The notes beneath the pieces were generated by a model that did not search any database, was not told where the DNA came from, and saw only the letters and a list, made by a program, of their open reading frames with translations. Positions 52,749 through 63,076 of a DNA stretch of 64,000 nucleotides are shown one piece after another. Where the stretch lies: contig CDRNVI010000021.1 of the NCBI GenBank assembly GCA_977017575.1, forward strand, positions 620,001 to 684,000, in the 5' to 3' direction. The DNA is from Paramoeba atlantica (lineage: Eukaryota; Protista; Discosea). The first letter of the stretch is position 1; every line of letters starts with the position of its first letter. The position numbers and the translations under genes were made by a program.

Positions 52749-54842
52749 ATGTCTCAACCGCTATCTGGTGAAGAGTCCAATGAGGATTTGACCTGTGTGA
52801 ACTATCTTAGGGCTCTCTCTGTGGACTGTGTCCAAGCCGCAAACTCCGGTCACCCAGGGATGCCTCTCGGTATGGCTCCAGCAGCGTACATTCTCTTTAC
52901 TGAATTTCTAAAATTCGATCCCTTGAAGCCGAATTGGTTTGATCGTGACCGATTTGTTCTGTCCAACGGTCACGGCTCCGCGTTGCTTTACTCCTTGTTG
53001 CATCTCTCAGGGTACAACCTCTCCATGGAGGACCTAAAACAATTTCGCCAACTGCACTCCAAGACTCCCGGACATCCCGAGCGTGGCGTCACGGATGGGG
53101 TGGAGGTCACCACGGGACCTCTGGGACAAGGCATTGCGAATGCGGTCGGGATGTGCATCGCGGAGGCCCACCTTCGTGCTAAGTTTTGTGCTAAGGTCGT
53201 GGATCACTACACGTACGTGTTCTGCGGGGATGGCTGTTTAATGGAGGGCGTTGGCCAGGAAGCGCTCTCCCTTGCGGGTCATCTGGGTCTGGAAAAGCTG
53301 GTCATTATCTATGATGACAATGGGATCTCTATTGACGGCTCGACGGATTTGTCCTACACGGAGAAGAAGACGGAGAAATATGCCGCACTGGGGTTTCATT
53401 GTATTGTCGTGCCTAATGGGGACTCTGACTTAGACAGTATTCGCAAGGCCTTGCGCAGCGCGAACACCTCTCGTGGCAAGCCGACCATGATTTTCTTGTC
53501 TACCACGATTGGGTACGGGTCCGAAATGAAGGGAACCGCCAAGGTTCACGGTGCGCCTCTCGGGGTGGAGGGTGTCAAGAAAATGAAAGCAAACTTTGGG
53601 CTGGACCCCGAGAAATCGTTTTACTTGCCGGAGAACGTGCTAGCGCGGTTTCGCCAAGCGGGTACGCGTGGGTGTGAGAAACGAGCGCAGTGGGAAACAC
53701 GAGAGCAGGATTTCTCTGCCGCTGACCCTTCTCTCGGTGCTCTCTTTCGAAGTTTCGTGCAAGGGGAATTTCCATCCGGGTGGGAGGAGGCGCTCCCCGT
53801 CAACGCCTCCCCCGTCGCGACCCGTAAAGCCAGCGAGCTCTGTCTCTCCTCTCTCGTTCCCCGAATCCAGAACCTCCTCGGGGGCAGTGCTGACCTCACC
53901 GGGTCCAACCTCACCCAAGTCGCCTCCCAGACCGGGTTCCAAAAATCCTCCGAGCACGGGCGCTACCTCTACTACGGCGTCCGTGAGCACGCCATGGCGG
54001 CCATCTGCAACGGCATCGCCGCCCACGGAGGTCTCATCCCCTACTGCGGCACCTTTCTCAATTTTATCGGCTACGCCCTCGGGGCCGTCCGTCTCTCCGC
54101 GCTCGCCGCCCTTGGCGTGATCTACGTCGCCACCCATGACAGCATCGCGCTCGGGGAGGACGGCCCCACGCACCAGCCCGTGGAGCTCCCCACCGTGCTG
54201 CGCGCGATGCCCAACCTCCACCTCTTTCGCCCCGCGGACCAAACCGAGACCTCCGCGTGCTGGGCGCTCGCGCTGAAGGCACGCACGACGCCCAGTGTGC
54301 TGTGTCTCACCCGCCAGGCCCTCCCCCCCCTCCCGGGGACCCACGCCGCGGGGGTAGCCCGCGGGGGGTATGTCGTGGCCCAGGGGTCGGGGTTTAACAC
54401 GGCCATGGAGACCGCAGAGAAGATGGAGAATAACAACAGTAACCACAACAACCGTATTGTGTTACTCTCCACAGGGTCGGAACTTCACCTCTGCGTGAAG
54501 GCGAGTGAGGGGTTAATGGCAGCGACCCCGGGCCTTCACGTGCGGGTGGTGTCGATGCCCTGTATGGGGTTATTCGCGGCACAGTCTCGGGAGTACCGTA
54601 AGGGGGTACTCCCGGAGGGGGTGCCGGTGTTAGCCGTGGAGGCGTGGAGTAGCCAGCCTTGGGGGTGTTATGCCCACGCGGTGGTGGGGTTGGATCGCTG
54701 GGGGGAGAGTGCCCCGGGGGAGAAGTGTCTCGCGACGTTGGGGTTCACTGTGGAGTCGGTGGTGGAAAAGGCAAAGGCGCTGGTGGCGTACTATGGAGGG
54801 TCCAGGCCCGCCCCCGTGGGTCGTGAGTTTGTGGAGCTGTAG
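52749..54842 (+). CDS. TKT: Transketolase
   Basis: AANSGHPGMPLG, DRFVLSNGHGS, TPGHPE, TTGPLGQG, GDGCLMEG, YGVREHAM, THDSIALGEDGPTHQP and RVVSMPC. ATG 52749. Confidence 0.97.
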   Translation: MSQPLSGEESNEDLTCVNYLRALSVDCVQAANSGHPGMPLGMAPAAYILFTEFLKFDPLKPNWFDRDRFVLSNGHGSALLYSLLHLSGYNLSMEDLKQFRQLHSKTPGHPERGVTDGVEVTTGPLGQGIANAVGMCIAEAHLRAKFCAKVVDHYTYVFCGDGCLMEGVGQEALSLAGHLGLEKLVIIYDDNGISIDGSTDLSYTEKKTEKYAALGFHCIVVPNGDSDLDSIRKALRSANTSRGKPTMIFLSTTIGYGSEMKGTAKVHGAPLGVEGVKKMKANFGLDPEKSFYLPENVLARFRQAGTRGCEKRAQWETREQDFSAADPSLGALFRSFVQGEFPSGWEEALPVNASPVATRKASELCLSSLVPRIQNLLGGSADLTGSNLTQVASQTGFQKSSEHGRYLYYGVREHAMAAICNGIAAHGGLIPYCGTFLNFIGYALGAVRLSALAALGVIYVATHDSIALGEDGPTHQPVELPTVLRAMPNLHLFRPADQTETSACWALALKARTTPSVLCLTRQALPPLPGTHAAGVARGGYVVAQGSGFNTAMETAEKMENNNSNHNNRIVLLSTGSELHLCVKASEGLMAATPGLHVRVVSMPCMGLFAAQSREYRKGVLPEGVPVLAVEAWSSQPWGCYAHAVVGLDRWGESAPGEKCLATLGFTVESVVEKAKALVAYYGGSRPAPVGREFVEL

Positions 54843-55412
54843 AGCTCTAAGGAGTTTTGGATTGCTGTGGAGGTGGGAAGAGGGTAGTAAAGTCTTGCGC
54901 GATGTGAGTCTGGGCGGGTTGCATGTGTTGAGCGAAGAGAAAAACAGTTGTTTCTTGTGGTAACAGGTAGTTCGGTGATTTTTCGGGGTCGTTACGTTGG
55001 TTGTGGTTCTAGTGTGTATGATGCGTCTGGAGCTTATGAAGTAAATTCCAGTGTTGGTTTCTTGCGACATAGAGCGGACTGGGCTTAACCTTTATCATTA
55101 GTTGCACGAGGGTATTTATGACGCTGAACGTCGTTAAGGTTACTTATTTTCTAAGTTTCATGTTGCATTCTATTGTACACGATTTTTTATCTCGTTACGT
55201 ATTTTGATTGCATTTTCCTTATTTCTTACTGGCTTCTCTCTGCAAACCTATCATACAGTACTCTTGTATTTTTTAAAGTTAAATTTTCACAATGACTGCC
55301 TTTGCTTCCTACACTTTGCAAAGTGTCACTTCGTTCCCCTGCATCGGTCTCCTGACTAACGGTACAGACCTGATACAGGTCTCATGGTCCGACCACTGAT
55401 AGTATTTTTGAC

Positions 55413-56225
55413 ATGCGTCGTCGCCTTCTGCAACACATAACTATGTCTCGTACACCTTTTGTGTTACGCCGTGCTTGTACTCAATGGTCCTGCGCCACTC
55501 GATGGTGGAGTCAGCCCGCGCGTTCCCCTTTGCTTTCCGCGCTTCATAACTTACCCTACCTCTTTGCGCATCGCAGTCCTAGTTCCCTCTTTGGACACTT
55601 CACCGAGGAACGGCTTCGTGTGAGTTTCCGCGATGCTCTTGAACTTGGATTGCTTCCCGGGACTACACACTGCTCGGGTCCGCAACTCGATGGATTCTGG
55701 TATTACTTAAGTACCCCTTTGCCGCGGAGTCTTCATCCGCATATTCCACTGCACAGAGTTGGATTAAATATTCCTTTCGACTCATTGCGAGTGAATTTGT
55801 GGTCAGGGGTGGGAGTGCACACGGCTACCCACCGTGATGGAGATCACATGCACAATCTGTTCCTCCAAGTTCGTGGAGAAAAGGCGTTTGCGTTGGTTTC
55901 GCCGAAATACAGCCCGGAAATGGAACCAATAGATCGATTCGGGATGTCGAATGCAAGTGATTTGTCTCTTTTCGAAGAGTTAGCAAAGCGAGACAAAGGT
56001 GTTTCTGCTTCAGGAAATGTAGTTATGAGTAAGTCGAACCCCAATAAAGAGAGACCTGCTAATTTTGCTGAGTTTGATGTTCAGTCTTATTCTGACTTCC
56101 CGATCCATAGCTCATTACTACATACTGGAGACATACTTTACGTCCCTCCAGGTTGGTGGCATGAATTTAAGGCCCCTCAAGACAACCCTACACACAGTGT
56201 ATCTCTCTCCTGTTGGTTTCGGTGA
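55413..56225 (+). CDS. JmjC/cupin-like 2-oxoglutarate oxygenase
   Basis: NLWSG..TATHRDGDHMHNLFLQVRGEKAFAL..LHTGDILYVPPGWWHEF..SVSLSCWF, with the HxD..H triad. Confidence 0.88.
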   Translation: MRRRLLQHITMSRTPFVLRRACTQWSCATRWWSQPARSPLLSALHNLPYLFAHRSPSSLFGHFTEERLRVSFRDALELGLLPGTTHCSGPQLDGFWYYLSTPLPRSLHPHIPLHRVGLNIPFDSLRVNLWSGVGVHTATHRDGDHMHNLFLQVRGEKAFALVSPKYSPEMEPIDRFGMSNASDLSLFEELAKRDKGVSASGNVVMSKSNPNKERPANFAEFDVQSYSDFPIHSSLLHTGDILYVPPGWWHEFKAPQDNPTHSVSLSCWFR

Positions 56226-56604
56226 TTACTCTGCAAACATCATGTCAAATGAAGTCCAATGGTCATGTAGCATAGATACATCATACCTAGTCTGATGTAG
56301 TTACGTAGTACGTAACTGTACCTTGTTTGCTTTTTCTCGTACACTGTGTGTGCATGTATGTTTCAACACTCTACGTACCCCCCTCTTCGAACACATTAAA
56401 CATCCTTCTTTTGTGATGCAGTTTAATATTATACCCTACTCTACCTGGACACATGCGAACTAATTCTCTTGGGCTTGTACGGGAGATCAATGCATATCCG
56501 TATACAGGAGTTAGCGAGGTACGAAACGGGTACTACAACTTTTTTTGTTGGCGCCTTCCTTAGTGCATTGTGTGTTGAAAGTCCACATACATTGATATTC
56601 TAGT

Positions 56605-59265
56605 ATGTGTGGAATTTCTTGTTTCTTGGGGTTTCTCTGCCAAGATTGTGAAAAAGTTTTCCTGAACGTTTCTTCGAAATTCCTTCCTTCGAAACAGCAA
56701 ACTGTGCCCGACATTATCATTCGAGGACTTCGTAGTAGAGGTCCCGATCACATTCAAAGCATTCAGCTTTCTTCTGAGGAAGAAGCAAACTTGCTATCAG
56801 AACGACAAGGTCTTCTTATTTGTTCCGTGCTGTCAATGAGAAACACTCCTGTAGTACCCCAACCTATACATAACGCTGATTTCGTTCTATCATGGAATGG
56901 TGAGATGTTTGGGCTTGATAAGACTCTCCATAATTCAAGAAATCTTTCTTCTCCCTCTCTTGACGAGTCTGATACGCGCTGGGTCGAAAAACATCTAGAG
57001 AAAATAGTATTAAATCATTATTCTGATGTTCAAAAGCAGCATGATCAATTTCTAAATTTTGAAAATTCTTCTTCTAAAAGTTGTTTTGTGGATACTGGAT
57101 GTCATAGTCAGCAAAAGATTCGTGGTCAATCCCACTGTTTATGTGAAATATGTGCTCCTCATGCTTTAGCAAAGGATTTCGTCGAGTTCTTAGAGTGCAT
57201 TCAAGGTCCATACGCCTTCGTGGTCTTTTTTCCTCGTTACCGCATGCTTTGCTATGGAAGAGATCCAATGGGGCGTCGAAGTTTACTACGAAGGACAGTC
57301 GTAGTTGAAAGACAAGGCGCTTTCGGTACAAAAAAGCTACGCTACCTTCTATCAATTTCATCTATTGTTCCACCATTTCCTTCTTTGGAGTCCAGTACTT
57401 TTGATGGTGTTGAGGTCACTGAAGTTTCTGTCAATGGGATGTATTACCACATTCTTCCCCACACAGGTTCACAGAAAAACATGCCCCGTGACGAAGCCTT
57501 GATTTGTTCTTCCTGTATCCTTGAAAATGGAAAAGTCCGTAGTCTTGTTTCCGTACAGAAAGATTGTGTTATATCCTACAATGATCTGACATCGGAAAAT
57601 GCGAAGACAGTCGCCAGGCGAAATTCAACAAGCTTAAGTGAGTCTTTGGCTTCTAACTCGTCGCCTGATCAACAAGTAGATACCGAAAACATTGATTCAA
57701 CCAATTGGGTCATCTTTAACATGAATGGAGTTGAGTCCGAAATCAAGGAATATTGTGTTCCATGGGCTCAGCCTCCTCTCAGAACACATCCTCTTAGTGA
57801 TACTGCATGGGAAGACGCAAAACTATGCGAACCCGTCATCAATAATTATGATAAAAGTATGAATACATCTTCGCCTTTGCACGACGTCGTATCGGGGTCT
57901 CTAAAAGAGTATTACTTTCTTTCTCTTCAACGTGCGGTACGTTGCCGCATTCAAGGGGCTCCTCAGCCGATCGGCATTCTTTTCTCCGGAGGACTTGACT
58001 GCATGGTTCTTGCCGCGCTGACCGCACTGGTGCTAAGAGAGGAAAACGCAAAGGACGTAAAACTTGATTCTTCTACCTCTGTTTTGCCTATTGAACTTCT
58101 CAACGTGGCCTTTACAGATTTTCCTGAATACACTCCTGACCGTATCAGCGCTCGTGACGGCTACAAGGAGCTCTGCCAAAGATTCTCTCCAGATGAATTC
58201 ACTTTAATTTGTATCGATATTCCTTCTTCCGAGGTTAGTGATAATCAATCACAAATTCTCAGTTTAATTAAGCCTTCAAGCACGGTAATGGATCTAAATA
58301 TTGCTACAGCAATTTGGTTTGCGGCTCGTGGTAAAGGCATTCAAGTTAAGTCGATAGACCAACTTGAAGACAATAAATCAAATACTACCTCCACAAACAG
58401 TTTATTTTGTGGCACTGTTTCCGGGACTAATTGCCATAAACTGCTGTGTGATTCAGAGAATTCTTTAAAGTTTGAATGCTTATGTGCGATTCTGAATCAT
58501 TCAAACAATCGTGGACTGGGACAAGATGAAGCCAGTGGAAAATTTCGCCTTAGTGAACTTGGAAAACATTATTCGATTCCCTATCGCCAATACGGTTACG
58601 CTAAACTTTCGCGGTACTTACAAGATGCACAAAAGGAAGGGATATGTCATCTTGGTTACGATCAATTTGGGCCTTTTATAGCTGCTGGTGGAAGACTTAA
58701 AAAGGATCACGAAGTGTCATCCTCTAAAGAGGATTTTTCATCATCAAAGTGTGATGCCCGTATGCCTTTCCTTTCTGATACAGTTATCCGAAAATCGTCG
58801 AACTCCGAACATTACACTTCCACTTGTCGTGTGCTATTATGTGGAAGTGGAGCGGACGAAACTCTTGGGGGATATGCGAGATATCGCACAGCTTTTCATC
58901 GGAATGGGTACGCGGGAGTTCGCGCCGAACTTAACAAAGATTGTGCACGGTTGTGGAAACGTAATTTAGGTAGAGATGATCGAATTACATCCGATTGGAG
59001 TCGTGAATTGCGCACTCCTTACTTGGACGAAAATGTGCTACAATGCCTCTTCACGCACGCTACTTCCTTTGCAGACTTATGTGATTTCGACCTTCCTCCA
59101 GGGCAGGGAGATAAGAAGCTTTTACGTGGAATAGCAAAAGATCTTGGACTGGACGGTGCCTCAGGTCGACTGAAAAGGGCTATTCAATTCGGATCTCGGA
59201 TTGCTAACAATAAAATAAAGGGAACCGCTCGTCTGGATACACAGGCGAATAAGCTTCTAGCTTAA
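56605..59265 (+). CDS. ASNSD1: Asparagine synthetase domain-containing protein 1
   Basis: N-terminal MCGI, RGPD, LSWNGE, YGRDPMGRRSLL, ILFSGGLDCMVLA, GSGADETLGGY, RNLGRDDR, GDKKLLR and KRAIQFGSR. Confidence 0.9.
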   Translation: MCGISCFLGFLCQDCEKVFLNVSSKFLPSKQQTVPDIIIRGLRSRGPDHIQSIQLSSEEEANLLSERQGLLICSVLSMRNTPVVPQPIHNADFVLSWNGEMFGLDKTLHNSRNLSSPSLDESDTRWVEKHLEKIVLNHYSDVQKQHDQFLNFENSSSKSCFVDTGCHSQQKIRGQSHCLCEICAPHALAKDFVEFLECIQGPYAFVVFFPRYRMLCYGRDPMGRRSLLRRTVVVERQGAFGTKKLRYLLSISSIVPPFPSLESSTFDGVEVTEVSVNGMYYHILPHTGSQKNMPRDEALICSSCILENGKVRSLVSVQKDCVISYNDLTSENAKTVARRNSTSLSESLASNSSPDQQVDTENIDSTNWVIFNMNGVESEIKEYCVPWAQPPLRTHPLSDTAWEDAKLCEPVINNYDKSMNTSSPLHDVVSGSLKEYYFLSLQRAVRCRIQGAPQPIGILFSGGLDCMVLAALTALVLREENAKDVKLDSSTSVLPIELLNVAFTDFPEYTPDRISARDGYKELCQRFSPDEFTLICIDIPSSEVSDNQSQILSLIKPSSTVMDLNIATAIWFAARGKGIQVKSIDQLEDNKSNTTSTNSLFCGTVSGTNCHKLLCDSENSLKFECLCAILNHSNNRGLGQDEASGKFRLSELGKHYSIPYRQYGYAKLSRYLQDAQKEGICHLGYDQFGPFIAAGGRLKKDHEVSSSKEDFSSSKCDARMPFLSDTVIRKSSNSEHYTSTCRVLLCGSGADETLGGYARYRTAFHRNGYAGVRAELNKDCARLWKRNLGRDDRITSDWSRELRTPYLDENVLQCLFTHATSFADLCDFDLPPGQGDKKLLRGIAKDLGLDGASGRLKRAIQFGSRIANNKIKGTARLDTQANKLLA

Positions 59266-59487
59266 TTTTGTCATGCATACACATTTTCAGGAATCCCCTT
59301 AACTTCTTTTATTTCTTTTACTTTGAAAGTTCTGTTGCAACCCCTTGAAAAAAATGGACCTTACTGCAATTACAAGTCGGGAAAAAACGTACGAATAATT
59401 TTTTTAGGTTTTTCAGCAAGTAGTTGTCTTTTTTAACCAAAAGCTTATTTTCCGTCAGTTTTCTGTTCTGTTCTTAACCTTTTCAAC

Positions 59488-60330
59488 ATGCTTCGAACAT
59501 TCTTATTTGTGAACACATGGGACAGTCAACCAGCAAAGAACATCAAAACGCGCGGAAAAAAAGTTAGTGGATTGGTGCTTCCACCTTTATTCCTATTGCA
59601 GAAATTGCTCTCTAACGTGACTGGCAAACCCCCAGAGTGGGACCTCGAAGAGGAAGTTTGTGAATGGGGTGGATTAACTTGTGACGAAGAAAAACAAGTA
59701 ATCCGCATTTCCTGGGAAGGAATGAAATTGAAAGGCACATTGTCGTGGAAAAATCTTCCCCCCACCCTTACCGTGCTGCAGCTCGGCATTTACAATTTTG
59801 GAAATGAACTCACCGGTTCTGTAGAAACAAGCCTTCTGCCCGTTGACCTTCAAATGCTTCGCATTGATTCCAACTTGTTTTTTGGTCACTTGTCGTTGGC
59901 AGAGCTTCCTCCCGCACTTCTTCATCTCAGTGTATCATTTAACCAGTTCTCCCACAACCTGGACACCTCACGTCTGCCCCTTTCTCTGAGACGTCTACGG
60001 CTATCTCACAATGCCTTCCACGGGCCTCTTTGCCTTTCCTCTCTCCCTCCAGGGCTAAAGCTACTACAAGCCACAAACAATCATTTCGCAGGTGAACTCA
60101 TGCTGGGCTCCTTGCCTCCCCGTTTGGGTATTCTTCACTTACAATTCAACAGTTTTGTTGGTCATCTGGATATCACCCAGCTCCCTAACTCATTGCGCGA
60201 ACTTTTCGTGCACAACAACCGGTTAGAGGGAAAGTTGGATTTTTCTCGCTTACCTTCATTTCTTCAACTCTACAAGTTTTATAACAATTCTTTTGTAAAA
60301 TGTGAGACACCACTGAACGTTCAACTGTGA
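59488..60330 (+). CDS. LRR protein, dispersed family copy 9
   Basis: KKVSGLVLPPLF..VCEWGGLTC cap followed by LRRs. Confidence 0.85.
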   Translation: MLRTFLFVNTWDSQPAKNIKTRGKKVSGLVLPPLFLLQKLLSNVTGKPPEWDLEEEVCEWGGLTCDEEKQVIRISWEGMKLKGTLSWKNLPPTLTVLQLGIYNFGNELTGSVETSLLPVDLQMLRIDSNLFFGHLSLAELPPALLHLSVSFNQFSHNLDTSRLPLSLRRLRLSHNAFHGPLCLSSLPPGLKLLQATNNHFAGELMLGSLPPRLGILHLQFNSFVGHLDITQLPNSLRELFVHNNRLEGKLDFSRLPSFLQLYKFYNNSFVKCETPLNVQL

Positions 60331-60603
60331 TTAAAGAATTTCGAAAACGCTATGACTTTGTGGGACACACACTGAAAATATCACTCACGGGATTTTAACG
60401 AAAGTAAATCCTTGAAATGGATTTTATTTCATTTATTCTCATACATCGTGTTCTCACGTACCGGTAATATACCGAGTGATTTTCACCTGGAAAGTTATTG
60501 ATTGCACTTTAGTATCTAACTTATCGTTTTCTAAGAAAGCTTTCTAAATTTCAGTTTAGTTAATACATTTTATATCTCTTGCAGTATTTGCCTGCACTTT
60601 TTC

Positions 60604-61518
60604 ATGAAGCTCACCTCACTGTACATCCTGTTCACAGCGGATGATCAACCACAACCTCGCTGTCGTCCACGGAAAGCTCACCGTTCTCTACTGCCTTTAG
60701 AGTTACAACTTGATGCGTTTGTTTCTGGCATCACTAGAATGAAACCGCGTTCCTGGAACGTGAGCAATGCGGGATGCGAATGGGGCGGGGTGCAATGTGA
60801 CGCATCTCAGGTGGCACGCAAAATCGACTGGCGAGGGTTATATCTTAAAGGTACACTCAACTGGATCCATCTTCCTTCAACAGTAATTTGGTTTCTTCTT
60901 GACCCTGCGTTAGGGGTCAAAAACGAATGTACAGGCGTGGTCAATTTTGGTGCCCTTCCACATGGGTTTCAGCGGTTTCATCTAGGTGAAAACGATTTTT
61001 CAGGCACTATTTCAACGGAAGACCTTCCAAGAACTTTGCAACGACTCTGTATAAATAACAATGATTTCGAAGGAGCCATAAACTGGAGTACACTTCCTCA
61101 TAATCTTCAATACGTTGACATAAGTAACAATCGATTGAAAGGGCATGTGAATTGTGCTGAATTACATTTTGGCTTGCGTCGGCTCAACGTGTCAAACAAT
61201 GCTTTCGACGGAATGCTGGTACTAGAAGACCTACCCGCTACGTTACTTGTATTTAAAGCACGAAATAACGCATTTACCGGAACACCACGCTTCGACAGTC
61301 TTCCACCAGAAATTAAATGCATACAGCTGAATCGAAATCTATTCAGTGGTCATGTGGATGTTTCTCGTTTACCTCGCGGCATGAGTGAGCTATGTCTAAG
61401 TGAGAATCGTATCGAATCGTTCACGCCTCAAAAACTTCCGAAATGTGTTCTACTTTGTAACACTCCCGCTTGGAAGAAACACTGTGACATAACTCCTTTA
61501 ATATACACCCCCTTATAA
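60604..61518 (+). CDS. LRR protein, dispersed family copy 10
   Basis: RKAHRSLLPLEL..GCEWGGVQC cap followed by LRRs. Confidence 0.85.
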   Translation: MKLTSLYILFTADDQPQPRCRPRKAHRSLLPLELQLDAFVSGITRMKPRSWNVSNAGCEWGGVQCDASQVARKIDWRGLYLKGTLNWIHLPSTVIWFLLDPALGVKNECTGVVNFGALPHGFQRFHLGENDFSGTISTEDLPRTLQRLCINNNDFEGAINWSTLPHNLQYVDISNNRLKGHVNCAELHFGLRRLNVSNNAFDGMLVLEDLPATLLVFKARNNAFTGTPRFDSLPPEIKCIQLNRNLFSGHVDVSRLPRGMSELCLSENRIESFTPQKLPKCVLLCNTPAWKKHCDITPLIYTPL

Positions 61519-61911
61519 TTAAATTACCCCTTTACTATATACCCCCCCTCAGACCCCCCTTTAATAGAGATAAAAAATATCGTGAAGAGGGACTCCTCTA
61601 TGGATCCTTCTGCCTCGAAAAATGTAGGCGCCGCGAAGCGGTACCAAATTGTTTTTATTGTTTCCTATTCTCTTTCAGACTCTCCTTTGGTGTAGACAAC
61701 ACAATTTTTTGTCTACTCCCGTTCCCGTTACGGGGGCATACTTTAAAGGGGTCACAGCAATCTAGTTGTGCACTGTCGAGGCAGTGATGGTTAAAATGGT
61801 TGATAAAAAGGAGACGAAAGGTAACCTTCTTTGCTCCGAAAAAAGGAACCATGCTCTTCCAGTTTGCCGTTAAACCTTTTCGTGTTGAAAACAAAGTGTC
61901 ATAAAAAAACA

Positions 61912-62907
61912 TACCGTTACCCCCCCCTTACTTCGCCTCCCCCCTTACTTCACCACATTTAGTCGCTGGACGTGTGGTGAAGTAAGGGGGGTGTCGGATT
62001 TGTCTCAGACAACTTACCACCTCTTTACACAGCCGGAGGGGTGCACTGCAACCGACCGTTGCATCGGGGTAAGGCGAGGCAGAGCCACGCCCAGTGGCCT
62101 TCAAGGAGGGACACAGATGGCGCACAAACACCGATGAACAAAGGTTATTGGTGCACACGTCGGTGAAGACGACGCCGTCATACCAGGATTTTAAACAACA
62201 GTCCGGTTTAACGTTCCGGGGGGAAATGATAACGGTTACAGGAATGCTACGTAGCTGCAGGAATGATAACTTTTGAAGATTGTCTTGAGTTTACCGTACG
62301 ATTCGTCGACGCAACGGGTTGGTAGCAGCACGTTGTTGCCGCCTTGTACTAACGAAAACAGGTAGAGGACTTCGGCCTCGAAACTTCCAAATCTATCTGT
62401 GAAGGGTCTGGCTTGCCAGTGACCGATCGGAGCTATCCGGAATGATTTAGTATGTTGAACCATTTCTAATTCAGAACGATTTTCTTCCGTGTCAGTTTCA
62501 TCATCATGTCAGTTTGATCATAAAGTTGCGCCACACTGTTTTGTAGTTCTAAAATATAAATTGGTGTTCAATGGGTTATGTTCTGCGACATCATTTAAAT
62601 TTCACGATGTAAGAAATTTTCATGGGGGGGGGAAGTTAAAAGCCCATGGGACATTGTAGACAAGCTAAACGAAACATAAAATATAGAATGTGCAACACGA
62701 GGTATTACAACACTCAAGAAAAGGAAATTACGCCCAATGTCGATAGCATAGTGTACTTCAATAACTTGAGGATTTTCGAGAGAACTATAAATTGATCGAA
62801 CTTTAAATCATTTATTCACCCCCCTTACTTCACCACCCCCCTTACTTCACCACAAAGTACGGGTCTTGGGCCAAAAAGTGGGGGCTAAATAAGGGGGTGG
62901 TAACGTA
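61912..62907. mobile_element. Degenerate TIR element with CCCCTTACTTCACCAC sub-repeats
   Basis: TACCGTTACCCCCCCCTTACTT at the left end and AAATAAGGGGGTGGTAACGTA at the right end. Sub-repeats lie near 61925-61990 and 62820-62855. Confidence 0.5.
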
Positions 62908-63076
62908 ATTTATTTTTATTAACGTTGCATAGCTTCGACAATAACTATACATACTGTACATGTATTTTGAACAATTTTTGGTGGGATTGTAAGGACTTTC
63001 AAGCATGTGAGCCGTGCTCTGTGAGGTCATAATGTCGGCAAAGGCTTCTATTCCTACATCTGAGAATTCGTTGTGC

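Noticed and set aside
54820-54842. Glycosomal PTS1 on transketolase
   Set aside because: The C-terminus is -VEL, which does not fit the SKL-type consensus.
62236-62463. piggyBac-like transposase (VDES motif)
   Set aside because: A single 4-residue match, without the following KP.K.G motif or TTAA-flanked ends.
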